This document shows, piece after piece, positions 1 through 9,261 of a stretch of DNA of 32,000 nt. Numbering within the stretch: the stretch's first letter is position 1; each line of letters opens with the position of its first letter. A model generated the notes under the pieces. The model worked only from the letters and a program-made list of their open reading frames with translations. It did no database searches and was not told where the DNA came from. The translations under genes were made by a program, and so were the position numbers. The DNA comes from Buchnera aphidicola str. APS (Acyrthosiphon pisum). GTDB lineage: Bacteria; Pseudomonadota; Gammaproteobacteria; Enterobacterales; Enterobacteriaceae. The stretch covers positions 120,001 to 152,000 of the forward strand of contig NC_002528.1 in NCBI RefSeq assembly GCF_000009605.1. Reading direction: 5' to 3'.

Positions 1-1
1 A

Positions 2-538
2 TATTTAGGAGGTCCATTCATGGGTAAGAAGATTAATAATTTGAATCATTCTATATTAAAGAAAACAAATTCTATTTTTATTACACATAAAAAAGAAAAA
101 AATGAAAGTATTTCTGAAAAAACTTGTATTCGATGTGGTTATTGTTCATATGTATGTCCTGTAAATTTGCTTCCTCAACAGCTTTATTGGTATATTAAAA
201 ATAAGAATCATGTACAAACAAAAAAGCATTATGTTTTAGATTGTATTGAATGTAAAGCGTGTGAGAAAGTGTGTCCCAGTTATATTCCGCTAGTAAAATA
301 TTTTATTCAAGAGAAAAATATTTTAAAAAATATTACATTAGAAAATAATCGCAAAAAAATGTCATTAATTCGTTTTAAAACAAGAGAACAACGCTTATTC
401 AATGAAAAAAGAATGATACATGAAAATAATGATACATTTCTTATGAAAAAAAAGGATAAAAAAATCAATAATATCACAAAAACAGTGCTAAAAAAAACAC
501 TTCAAGATGCTATAGAACGTATGAAATCCAAACAATAA
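2..538 (+). CDS. rnfC: Rnf electron-transport complex subunit C, C-terminal part (5' end lies outside the window)
   Basis: The frame is open from base 2 (YLGGPF precedes the ATG at 20), so the ORF-track start is internal. It matches E. coli RsxC '..LIGGRMMGF..'. Two ferredoxin-type 4Fe-4S motifs are present (CIRCGYCSYVCP and CIECKACEKVCP). rnfD-G-E follow. Confidence 0.9.
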   Translation, partial: YLGGPFMGKKINNLNHSILKKTNSIFITHKKEKNESISEKTCIRCGYCSYVCPVNLLPQQLYWYIKNKNHVQTKKHYVLDCIECKACEKVCPSYIPLVKYFIQEKNILKNITLENNRKKMSLIRFKTREQRLFNEKRMIHENNDTFLMKKKDKKINNITKTVLKKTLQDAIERMKSKQ

Positions 539-585
539 AGTTTTATATAAATATATTATATATTAATACATAACGTGAGAAAAAA

Positions 586-1629
586 ATGAACTTTCCCTGC
601 ATATATCATGTTTATAGTATTAGAAAAATAATGTTTCTTGTTATTGTAGCTTGTCTTCCAGGTATTTTTGCCAAGTATTACTTTTTTGGTATTGGTACTT
701 TGATACAAATTTTTTTTTCTATATTTATTTCTTTAGTACTAGAAATTATTATTTTAAAGATACGTTCTAAAAACATTAAAAATTATTTACAAGATACTTC
801 TTTAGTTTTAACTTCAGTATTATTTGGAGTTAGTATCCCCCCTTTGCTTCCTTGGTGGATGACAAGTATTGGTTTATTTTTTGCTATTGTTGTTGCTAAG
901 CATTTATATGGTGGGATTGGTCAAAATATATTTAATCCGGCTATGGTTGGATACGCAGTATTATTAATATCTTTTCCAGTTTATATGAATAATTGGAATG
1001 AAAGAGATTTTTCTTTATCTTTTTTTAATGATTTTAAAAAATCTGCATATATTATTTTTTTTAAAAATGATATAACTACTGTTAGTAGTAGTTATTTAAA
1101 TATTATCCCAGATGCTTTTACAACAGCTACACCTTTAAACAATTTTAAGATTAAATCTCATTTAAAAGATGACTTTTTTCTAAAAGAAAATATTATTAAA
1201 AATAAAGAAGTTTCCATTCAAACTAGTTGGAAATGTATAAATATAAGCTTTTTTTTAGGTGGTATTTTTTTGTTGTTTACAAAAATTATTTGCTGGCGTA
1301 TTCCAATTAGTTTTTTATCCTCTTTAGGAATGTTATCAATTATAACTTATTTTTATTCAAAAGAATTATTTATGTCTCCTCAAGTCCATTTTTTTTCAGG
1401 AGGAACTATGATATGTGCTTTTTTTATTGCTACAGATCCAGTAACTGCTGCTTGTAATAATGTAGGAAAAATAGTTTTTGGTATTATTATCGGTTTTTTA
1501 GTTTGGATTATTCGTAATTATAGTGATTATCCGGATGCAATTGCTTTTTCTGTTTTATTTGCAAACATGACTGTGCCGTTAGTAGATTACTATACAAAAT
1601 CCTCTGGATATGGTCGTAATAATATATGA
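586..1629 (+). CDS. rnfD: Rnf electron-transport complex subunit D (polytopic membrane protein)
   Basis: 347 aa, collinear with E. coli RsxD. Shared motifs include [33 protein letters not shown] and SGGTM. Its TGA stop overlaps the rnfG ATG (ATGA at 1626-1629). Confidence 0.93.
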
Positions 1630-2272
1630 AAGCATTAAAAAAAATATTAAAACATGCTTGTTTAATGAGTCTTTTTTCCATTATATCTATAGCAGGCATC
1701 ACATTGATAAATAATATAACAAAAAACAAAATTATTAATCAAAAAGAACAAGAAAAAAAAAAATATTAAAAGAAGTTATTCCTTCTAATATATATCATAC
1801 ATTTGAAAAAAAATCATATAAAATCAAAAATAAACTTTTAGGAGATCATAAAATTCATAATTTATGGGTGTTATTTAAAAATAAAAAACCTGTAGCTGCA
1901 ATAGTAGAAACTACAGCTCCTGATGGATATTCTGGTGCCATTAATATGTTAGTTGCAGCATATTTTAATGGAGAAATTATTAATGCAAGAGTGCTATCTC
2001 ATAAAGAAACACCAGGAATTGGAGATAAAATTGACTTATCTATTTCTAATTGGATCACTAGATTTACTGGCATGTATGTAGCTTCTATAGAAGATAAAGA
2101 TTTTAAATTGCGAAAATATGGAGGAAAAATTGAACAGTTTACAGGTGCTACAATAACACCGCAATCAGTAACAAATTCTATCAAAAGAACGGTTGTTTTT
2201 ATTAAAAAGATACCGTTCATATTTGATTTTTTAAATAAGGGTATTTATGAATATCAAAAGTTTTTTAAATAA
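1626..2272 (+). pseudogene. rnfG: Rnf complex subunit G, reading frame interrupted by a frameshift in an A11 tract (1753-1763). It may be rescued by slippage, or it may be a homopolymer length error.
   Basis: The ATG at 1626 gives [47 protein letters not shown] with a stop at 1767-1769. This is an RsxG-like N-terminal membrane anchor. The rest of RnfG (..ILKEVIPSNIYHTFEKK..KPVAAIVETTAPDGYSGAI..ETPGIGDKI..FTGATITPQSV) runs in the frame that is open from 1739 to 2272. One extra A (12) or two fewer (9) would fuse the halves into a 215-aa protein collinear with E. coli RsxG (206 aa). Confidence 0.8.
1753..1763 (+). repeat. A11 homopolymer at the rnfG frame junction
   Basis: Counted directly: g1752, then a1753-a1763, then t1764. 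Confidence 0.95.
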
Positions 2273-2930
2273 TAGATTATGGAAAAACAATTCTTCTTTA
2301 GTACAGTTATTAGGATTGTGTCCAGTTTTAGCAATGACAACTAATGCCATTAACGCTATAGGATTAGGAATGACAACTACTTTAGTATTAACTATTACAA
2401 ATACTATAATTTCTTCTTTTAGAAAGATTATACCGAAAGATTTAAGAATTCCAATCTATATGATGATTATTTCTTCTGTTGTTACATCTATAGAAATGTT
2501 GCTTCATGCTTATACGTTTAATTTATATCAATCTTTAGGTATTTTTATCCCATTAATAGTTACCAATTGTATTATCGTAGGGCGAGCAGATCTTATTGCT
2601 TATAAAAGTTCTATAGTAGAATCTTTTTTTGATGGTATTTTTATAGGATTAGGTTCAATGTTTGCTATGTTTGCAGTTGGTTCTATACGAGAAATATTAG
2701 GTAATGGAACTTTGTTTTTTGGAGCCAATAAAATTATCTCTAATATACATAGTTCTGTTTTTTTTACATTACTAGATAAAAAATTTACTATAATTTTGGC
2801 TGTTTTTCCTCCTGGTGGTTTTCTTATATTAGGCTTCTTAATTGCCATTAAGAATTTTATAGATTTATATTATAAAAAAAATACTATAAAAAATATTGAA
2901 CAATGTTCTTGTTCTAATAAAATAAAGTAA
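2247..2930 (+). CDS. rnfE: Rnf electron-transport complex subunit E
   Basis: 227 aa. The N-terminus ..[23 protein letters not shown] matches E. coli RsxE ..[23 protein letters not shown]. It overlaps the rnfG 3' end by 26 nt. Confidence 0.93.
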
Positions 2931-2940
2931 CAATATTAAA

Positions 2941-3573
2941 ATGAATAAAAAAAAACGTTATGAGATTTTATCGATATTATCTCGCAACAATCCTGAACCT
3001 AAGATAGAATTGTTTTTTTCTTCTGATTTTGAGTTATTATTATCTGTAATTCTTTCTGCTCAATCTACTGATTTTATTGTAAATAAAACAACTAAAATAT
3101 TATTTAAAATTGCAAACACTCCTGAAACTATTTTTTTATTAGGACTAGAACGTCTTAAAAATTATATTAAAGATATCGGTTTGTATAATACCAAAGCATT
3201 AAATATTATTAGAACTTCTTTTATCATATTAACTAAATATAATAGTATTGTTCCAAATAATCGTATCGAATTAGAATCACTTCCTGGTGTAGGAAGGAAG
3301 ACAGCTAATATTATTTTAAATATATTATTTAAAAAAAAAACTATTGCCGTAGATACACATGTTTTTAGAGTATGCAATCGTACTAATTTTGCTAAAGGAA
3401 AAAATGTCAAGATAGTCGAAGAGAAGTTGATTAAGGTAGTTCCTAGTATTTTTAAACTAAACTTTCATTCTTGGTTTATTTTACATGGCCGATATATTTG
3501 TACTGCACGGAAAATTAAATGTAATATATGTTTAATTTTTAAATTATGTGAATTTAAACAAAAAATTTTTTAA
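2941..3573 (+). CDS. nth: Endonuclease III (DNA glycosylase / AP lyase)
   Basis: 210 aa, collinear with E. coli Nth (MNKAKRLEIL..). It has the HhH-GPD motif LPGVGRKTANIIL with the catalytic Lys, AVDTHVFRV with the Asp, and a C-terminal C-x6-C-x2-C-x5-C Fe-S motif (CTARKIKCNICLIFKLC). Confidence 0.93.
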   Translation: MNKKKRYEILSILSRNNPEPKIELFFSSDFELLLSVILSAQSTDFIVNKTTKILFKIANTPETIFLLGLERLKNYIKDIGLYNTKALNIIRTSFIILTKYNSIVPNNRIELESLPGVGRKTANIILNILFKKKTIAVDTHVFRVCNRTNFAKGKNVKIVEEKLIKVVPSIFKLNFHSWFILHGRYICTARKIKCNICLIFKLCEFKQKIF

Positions 3574-3595
3574 TATATTTTTTATGGATCTATAA

Positions 3596-5776
3596 GTGAT
3601 TATTGTAAAAGTTATTTTGCCCATCCCTATTAGACAATATTTTACATATCTTATGCCTGATTTTATGTGTCCTATTATTGGGGGTCGAATTTTAGTCCCA
3701 TTTAATTCAAAAGATGTAATAGGAATTGTGGCTTCTTTTTATAAAAAAAATAATGTAGACCAAGCAAATTTTAAACATATTAAAGCATTGATTGATACTG
3801 AGTCACTTTATAGTAATATGGTACTAGATATTATATCGTGGATAAGTAACAATTACCATTGTCCGGCTGGTAATTTATTTTTTTCTATTTTACCAAAAAT
3901 TTTACATTCTGATTATATTATAAAAAACAAATATATCTGTCAGTGGAGTATTACAAAAAAAGGACAAGAATTGAATCTAAATTATTTTAAAAGAAGAAAA
4001 AAACAATTGTATGTGCTTCTTATTTTAAAGAAGAAACATATTTTGAGCACTGAATTAAAAAAATATAATATATCTAAAATTATTTTAAAGAAATTAGAAA
4101 TTCAAGAATTATGCAAAGTAAACTTAAATTATAAAATATCTTTTAAAAGAAAAATTATTAGGACGAAAAAAAAATTATTTTTCAATAAAAAAATATCAAT
4201 TGTTCTCAATGATGTTCTAAAAAAACAATGTTTTTCATCTTGGTTATTAACTAGAGTTAATTTATATTTAAAAGTTAAATTTTATCTAGGTTTAATTCAG
4301 TCGGTATTATATAAGGGTGTGCAAATTTTAATTTTAGTTCCCTATATTAAAAATATAAATACAATTGCATTTTTTTTAGAAAAATATTTTAATGCGTCTA
4401 TTGATGTCATGCATTCAAAATTAACGTCTTCTAAATATTTTTCAAATTGGGTAAGAACTAAAAATGGTGAAAATTCAATTGTTATTGGAACAGGAAAAAG
4501 TATTTTTTTACCTTTTTTAAAGTTGGGTCTCATTATTTTACTTGAAGAGCATAATTTAAAATATAAAAGTATAAACCAATGCAGATATAATATTAGAGAT
4601 TTAGGAATACTTAGAGCATATAAAGAAAAGATACCGATTATTTTAGATTCAGAAACTCCTTCATTGAAAACATTAAATAACGTCTTACATAGAAAATGTT
4701 TTTACATTAAATTAAATAAATATAATCATGTTAATCAAATAAATAATAATATTATTAATTTAAAAACAGAGAAAATAAAATTTGGTTTATCCTTAACTTT
4801 GATAAATGAAATTTATAAAAATTTTACAGGAAAACAAGTTTTATTAATTTTTAATAAATTTGTTTTATTTTTTTTTGTCTTAATGTGTCAGAAATGTAAT
4901 GAGATATTTAAATGTACTAATTGTGATGATTATTTTGAAATTAATCAATATCGTAATATTTTATTTTGCAAATTTTGTTTAATTCAAATTAAAAAGCCAA
5001 TTTTTTGCTACAATTGTGGATCTTTTTCTCTAATTGTATTTAAAATAGGCGCAGAAGAAATTAAAAAAGAAATGCATAGTATTTTTCCAAAAATCCCATT
5101 TTTTTTCTTTCTAAATGAAAAAAATATTAATAAAAACATATTAAATACTAAAAGTTTTGAATTTGCTATTTCCAGTCCTTGTATTATTATCGTAACAGAA
5201 GAATTAGTACAAAATTACTATTTTCCTCATGTAAAATTGATTAGTTTAATTTGTATTGATAACTATTTTCTCTCTTTTAACTATCGAGCTATGGAATATT
5301 TTGCTCAGTTTTATATTAATTTAAATCAATTAACTAGAAGTACAAAAAAATCATGCAAAATATTTATACAAACATCATTTCCTAATGATATAAATTTAAA
5401 AGAAATATGTAACAACGGATATTTTTCTTTTTCTAAGAAAGCAATGGCAATTAGAAAAAGTTTTTTATTACCTCCTTGGAGTTTTCAAACTATTGTTTAT
5501 TCCGCAAGCACAAATACTAAATATAATATTATTTTTTTAAGTTTAATGCGTAAAATACTACAAAAAAAATCTCGTAAATATAATTGTTTTTTATGGGTTT
5601 TAGGTCCTAATAATGCTTTTTTATCAATCAATAAACATAAATATTTTCATCAATTATTAATTCAATGTTCTTCACGTGTTGCTCTTAATAATGTATTAAA
5701 TGAATCGATTGATGTAATTAATATTTTCACTATTTCAAAACGGGTTAAATGGTTTATAGATATTGAACCAAATTAA
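3596..5776 (+). CDS. priA: Primosomal replication-restart protein PriA, with degenerate helicase motifs
   Basis: 726 aa from a GTG start; the only upstream ATG, at 3584, hits a stop after 3 codons. It is collinear with E. coli PriA (732 aa). The N-terminal DNA-binding region and the Cys-rich zinc region (CQKCNEIFKCTNCDDYF..CKFCLIQIKKPIFCYNCGS) are retained. Confidence 0.88.
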   Translation: MIIVKVILPIPIRQYFTYLMPDFMCPIIGGRILVPFNSKDVIGIVASFYKKNNVDQANFKHIKALIDTESLYSNMVLDIISWISNNYHCPAGNLFFSILPKILHSDYIIKNKYICQWSITKKGQELNLNYFKRRKKQLYVLLILKKKHILSTELKKYNISKIILKKLEIQELCKVNLNYKISFKRKIIRTKKKLFFNKKISIVLNDVLKKQCFSSWLLTRVNLYLKVKFYLGLIQSVLYKGVQILILVPYIKNINTIAFFLEKYFNASIDVMHSKLTSSKYFSNWVRTKNGENSIVIGTGKSIFLPFLKLGLIILLEEHNLKYKSINQCRYNIRDLGILRAYKEKIPIILDSETPSLKTLNNVLHRKCFYIKLNKYNHVNQINNNIINLKTEKIKFGLSLTLINEIYKNFTGKQVLLIFNKFVLFFFVLMCQKCNEIFKCTNCDDYFEINQYRNILFCKFCLIQIKKPIFCYNCGSFSLIVFKIGAEEIKKEMHSIFPKIPFFFFLNEKNINKNILNTKSFEFAISSPCIIIVTEELVQNYYFPHVKLISLICIDNYFLSFNYRAMEYFAQFYINLNQLTRSTKKSCKIFIQTSFPNDINLKEICNNGYFSFSKKAMAIRKSFLLPPWSFQTIVYSASTNTKYNIIFLSLMRKILQKKSRKYNCFLWVLGPNNAFLSINKHKYFHQLLIQCSSRVALNNVLNESIDVINIFTISKRVKWFIDIEPN

Positions 5777-5829
5777 AATAAAATAGAAAAATATTATAAT
5801 AAATAATTAGTAATTTGCTCTTTTACTCG

Positions 5830-5858
5830 TTGAATTTCTAATAAAATTAGCATAAAAT
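5830..5858 (+). promoter_or_regulatory. Putative sigma70-type promoter for tyrS
   Basis: TTGAAT (5830-5835), a 17-nt spacer, then TAAAAT (5853-5858), about 78 nt upstream of the tyrS ATG. -10-like hexamers are very common in DNA this AT-rich. Confidence 0.3.
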
Positions 5859-5935
5859 ATTTTACAAGAACTTGTAAGATATAAATAAAAAAAATAATTA
5901 ATTTTTAAAATATTAATAATAAAAAAGAGGCTTTA

Positions 5936-7204
5936 ATGAGTGAATTTAATTTCATCAGTAGATTGCACAATAGAGGTCTAATATCTCATATTACAAATGA
6001 AGATAATTTAAGTAAACTCATTGAAAATAAATCAATTTCTCTTTATTGTGGATTTGATCCTACAGAAGAAAGTCTTCATATAGGTCATCTTTTACCTTTA
6101 ATTATGTTAAAAAGATTTCAAATAGCTGGTCATAGACCGATAATTTTAATAGGAGGAGCGACAAGTTTAATTGGAGACCCTAGTTTTAAAGAAAAAGAAC
6201 GTGTTTTCAATTCTAATTATAACGTTAATATATGGACAGAAAAAATTACTAAACAAATTTCTTGTTTTTTAGATTTTAATTGTGGTAAGAATAGTGCTGT
6301 TTTATTAAACAATAATACATGGTTCAAACAGATTAATATCTTATCATTTTTACGAGATGTTGGAAAATATTTTTCAGTTAATACTATGATTAATCGAGCA
6401 GCAGTTAAACAACGAATTACAAGGCCAGACCAAGGCATTTCGTTTACAGAATTTTCTTATAATTTATTACAAGCATATGATTTTTTTATTTTAAATCAGC
6501 AATATCAGGCAGATCTTCAAATCGGAGGAGCTGATCAATGGGGTAATATCTCCTCAGGAATGCATTTAATACACCGAAAAACTAAGAGAGTAGTATATGG
6601 TTTAACTGTACCTCTTCTAATTCAGTCTAATGGAATCAAATTCGGTAAAACAGAATCAGGAACTATATGGTTAGATTCAAATAAAACTAGTCCTTATAAA
6701 TTTTATCAGTTTTGGATGAATATAGAAGATGCTAATGTTTATTATTTTTTAAAACTATTTACTTTTATAAAAGTGTCAGAAATTAATAAACTAGAAAAAA
6801 ATAAAAATATTAAAAATCAAATAATTAACGACAAATCTTTACTTGCTAAACATATTACCCAGTTAGTACATGGAAAAGAAAAATTACTAGCGGCAGAAAG
6901 AATTACAAAGTTTTTATTTTTAAAGAATACTACTCATATTGAAGAATCTGATTTGCAACAGTTAAAACAAGATGGTATACCATTTATTGAAGTTAGTAAT
7001 GTAAAAGATTTACAAGAAGCATTAGTATTAACTTCATTAGCGCAATCCCGAACTCAAGCTAAAAATATGATAATTTCAAATTCTATATCTATTAACACTG
7101 AAAAAATTAGAAAAAATCATATTTTTCATGAAAAAGATAAATTATTTGGAAAATTTACTCTATTATCTAGAGGCAAAAAACAACATTCTTTATTGTGTTG
7201 GTAA
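5936..7204 (+). CDS. tyrS: Tyrosyl-tRNA synthetase
   Basis: 422 aa. It has the HIGH motif (LHIGHLLP), a KMSKS-type KFGKT motif, GGADQWGNI, and a C-terminal S4-like domain. The SD AGAGG lies 6 nt upstream of the ATG. Confidence 0.95.
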   Translation: MSEFNFISRLHNRGLISHITNEDNLSKLIENKSISLYCGFDPTEESLHIGHLLPLIMLKRFQIAGHRPIILIGGATSLIGDPSFKEKERVFNSNYNVNIWTEKITKQISCFLDFNCGKNSAVLLNNNTWFKQINILSFLRDVGKYFSVNTMINRAAVKQRITRPDQGISFTEFSYNLLQAYDFFILNQQYQADLQIGGADQWGNISSGMHLIHRKTKRVVYGLTVPLLIQSNGIKFGKTESGTIWLDSNKTSPYKFYQFWMNIEDANVYYFLKLFTFIKVSEINKLEKNKNIKNQIINDKSLLAKHITQLVHGKEKLLAAERITKFLFLKNTTHIEESDLQQLKQDGIPFIEVSNVKDLQEALVLTSLAQSRTQAKNMIISNSISINTEKIRKNHIFHEKDKLFGKFTLLSRGKKQHSLLCW

Positions 7205-7211
7205 TTAATTT

Positions 7212-7604
7212 TTAGTTTATTGAAAAACTTTCACCACAACCACAAAATTTTTCTAATTTGGTATTATAAAATTTAAATATTTTATTGATGTTATTTTTTA
7301 CGAAATCTATTCTAATACCTTCTAAAAATGGTATATCTTTAGAATAAATATATATTAAAATATTTTGATAAAAAAAACTAACTTCTTTTTCATCTTTTTC
7401 TTTTTTCAATTCTGAAGCCTTTAGTAATTTCATACTGTAGCGAAACCCTGCACATCCTGATTTTTTTATGCTTAATCTTATTCCTATATTATCAGAATTT
7501 AAATTAATTAAAAATAAAATTTGTTCTATAGCATCTTTGGTGATTGAAATATTTTGAAATGTATTTTTTTTTAATAAGTAGGTTTTAACTTCGTTTTTAT
7601 TCAT
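7212..7604 (-). CDS. sufA: A-type iron-sulfur cluster carrier (IscA/SufA/HesB family)
   Basis: 130 aa with the three conserved Cys (SGCAGFRY ... CGCGESFSIN). IDFVKNNINKIFKFYN resembles E. coli SufA VDFVREGLNQIFKFHN. Its position next to ydiK matches the E. coli ydiC(sufA)/ydiK neighbourhood. The symbol rests on similarity and synteny only. Confidence 0.8.
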   Translation of the reverse strand: MNKNEVKTYLLKKNTFQNISITKDAIEQILFLINLNSDNIGIRLSIKKSGCAGFRYSMKLLKASELKKEKDEKEVSFFYQNILIYIYSKDIPFLEGIRIDFVKNNINKIFKFYNTKLEKFCGCGESFSIN

Positions 7605-7827
7605 GATGTTCTCTTATTTAAAAATATATTTATAAAAATAAAAAAATATTTAAAAAATACTTGTATTGTACAGAAATATTTATGTTTTAAACAATATTAT
7701 TGTTTATTAATTATTTTTATAAATTTTAATGTTATAATTCTTTTTAAGAAAATATAGAATTTTATAAAATTACATTAATTGTAAAAAAATTATCTATAAT
7801 ATAAAAATATTGAGGTACAACAATTAT

Positions 7828-8910
7828 ATGCAAAATCCAAAAGAGAAAATGGATTTATCGCAGTCTATTTTATCACTGATATTTATTGTTTCTATGGGTG
7901 TAATAAGTTTTTTAGTAATTCATCCATTTATATTAGGATTTTTTTGGGCTAGTATGATTGTAATTGCGACTTGGCCTCTTATGTTGAAAATACAAAAAAT
8001 TTTAGGTGGAAAACGTTCTCTTGCCGTGATAATTATGATTATAATTTTGCTTCTTTTATTTATTATCCCCGTATTTTTTCTAGTAAACAGTTTAATTGCA
8101 ACAAGTATACCTATTATTCATTGGCTAGGTTCCAATGATCTAGAATTACCAGAATTAGCATGGTTACAGAATATTCCTCTTATGGGAAGAAAAATATTTA
8201 ATAGTTATCAAACATTATTAAATAGTGATGGGGGTGAATTAATTCATAAAATACGACCTTATATGGGACATGCAACTGAATTTTTTATAATACAAGTTAG
8301 AAATTGCGGATTATTTATTGTACATTCTATATTAATGTTATTTTTTAGTGCTCTATTGTATTGGAATGGTGAAAAAATTAGCATTTCTATTCATCATTTT
8401 GCATATCGACTGAGCGAAAAAAATGGTAAAGCTATTCTTTTACTGGCTACTCAAGCGGTTAGAGCTGTTGCATTAGGTGTTGCAGTAACAGCTTTAATTC
8501 AAGCTTTATTATCTGGGATAGGATTATTAGTTTCTGGCGTCCCTTATTGGGCTCTATTAATGATAATAATTTTTTTTTCTTGTTTAATACAATTAGGACC
8601 ATTACCTATTTTAATACCTTCAATTATATGGCTTTATTGGAACGATGATACTACTTGGGGTACAATATTGTTAATTTGGAGTTGTTTTGTATTTATACTT
8701 GATCATATACTTAGACCGTTTTTTATACGCATAGGAGCTGATTTACCTATTTTATTAACTTTATCTGGAGTCATTGGTGGCTTATTAACTTTTGGTATGA
8801 TTGGTTTGTTTATTGGTCCAGTAGTATTAGTGATATTTTATCGTTTAACAATATCTTGGATATACGGAATTTCAATTGCATCTTTTTTAGAAAATACATC
8901 GTTAAAATAA
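7828..8910 (+). CDS. ydiK: AI-2E/PerM family inner-membrane transporter
   Basis: Collinear with E. coli YdiK (..PFILGFAWA..ATWP..; GADLPILLTLSGVIGGLLTFGMIGLFIGPV). I prefer the ATG at 7828, which has GAGG at 7812-7815, over the ORF-track TTG at 7810. Confidence 0.88.
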   Translation: MQNPKEKMDLSQSILSLIFIVSMGVISFLVIHPFILGFFWASMIVIATWPLMLKIQKILGGKRSLAVIIMIIILLLLFIIPVFFLVNSLIATSIPIIHWLGSNDLELPELAWLQNIPLMGRKIFNSYQTLLNSDGGELIHKIRPYMGHATEFFIIQVRNCGLFIVHSILMLFFSALLYWNGEKISISIHHFAYRLSEKNGKAILLLATQAVRAVALGVAVTALIQALLSGIGLLVSGVPYWALLMIIIFFSCLIQLGPLPILIPSIIWLYWNDDTTWGTILLIWSCFVFILDHILRPFFIRIGADLPILLTLSGVIGGLLTFGMIGLFIGPVVLVIFYRLTISWIYGISIASFLENTSLK

Positions 8911-9261
8911 AATTTTAATTAGTATTTAGATAATAGAGAAAATAAATACTTTTAATTAAATATAATCTAAATTATGATAATATGTGCAAGATAACTTAGT
9001 TATATTCAATATTCACTAAACAGAAAAAGAATTATATTCTATAACTATATAAGACATCATCTTTATTTTTTCTGTTTAAAACTTCCGTCATATTATTTAA
9101 AGTATACTATTAAAAATTATTCTCCCTAATATTATGAAAGTTTTTTCTATCAAGTATTTTAAAAAACTATTAGAAATGAGATTATAACTGGTTAGTTTTT
9201 TGTGATTGTTATGAAACCTTCATATTCTTTCCAGAATAAAAAACTTGTTTTAGAGAACAAA

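Noticed and set aside
7-22. AGGAGG followed by an ATG at 20 looks like a perfect ribosome-binding site and start for the first ORF.
   Set aside because: The frame is open to the window edge, and the upstream residues (YLGGPF-M-G) align with internal RsxC sequence. The ATG is therefore an internal Met of a 5'-truncated rnfC.
1508-1729. Short ORFs in the track that are nested in, overlap or run antisense to larger genes: 1508-1729(-), 1999-2220(-), 2600-2848(-), 3162-3410(-), 4342-4533(-), 6217-6438(-), 13482-13664(-), 19088-19270(+), 20681-20866(+), 21020-21304(+), 25391-25651(+), 25811-26008(+), 26130-26360(-), 29342-29614(+), 29983-30240(+).
   Set aside because: Each overlaps a gene with strong full-length homology on the other strand or in another frame. 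They have low-complexity sequences, no recognisable motifs and no SD. They are the expected by-product of six-frame translation.
7810-7827. ORF-track N-terminal extensions: TTG 7810 (ydiK), GTG 9202 (aroH), ATG 23203 (glyQ) and ATG 27303 (rsmA).
   Set aside because: The extensions have no counterpart in the E. coli orthologues. The homology-supported ATGs (7828, 9262, 23173, 27405) give near-identical protein lengths. The rsmA extension would overlap the surA coding end.
8921-8950. AGTATTTA / TAAATACT hairpin after the ydiK stop, considered as a terminator. The 16-bp palindromes TTCTTTTTAAAAAGAA (17527-17542) and TTACAAG..CTTGTAA (5862-5877) were considered in the same way.
   Set aside because: The stems are almost all A/T with poor predicted stability, and the loops are either 14 nt or absent. 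These are low-complexity palindromes of a kind common in DNA this AT-rich.
9017-9078. A 12-bp perfect inverted repeat (TAAACAGAAAAA / TTTTTCTGTTTA) in the ydiK-aroH spacer.
   Set aside because: The 38-nt loop is too long for a terminator and no U-tract follows. My rough estimate is that several such A/T-rich repeats with arbitrary spacing are expected by chance in 32 kb of this composition.
9134-9187. A 17-codon uORF (MKVFSIKYFKKLLEMRL*) upstream of aroH, considered as a possible leader peptide.
   Set aside because: It has no SD, is not enriched in Trp/Phe/Tyr codons and has no associated terminator or antiterminator structure. aroH is not known to be attenuator-controlled in E. coli.
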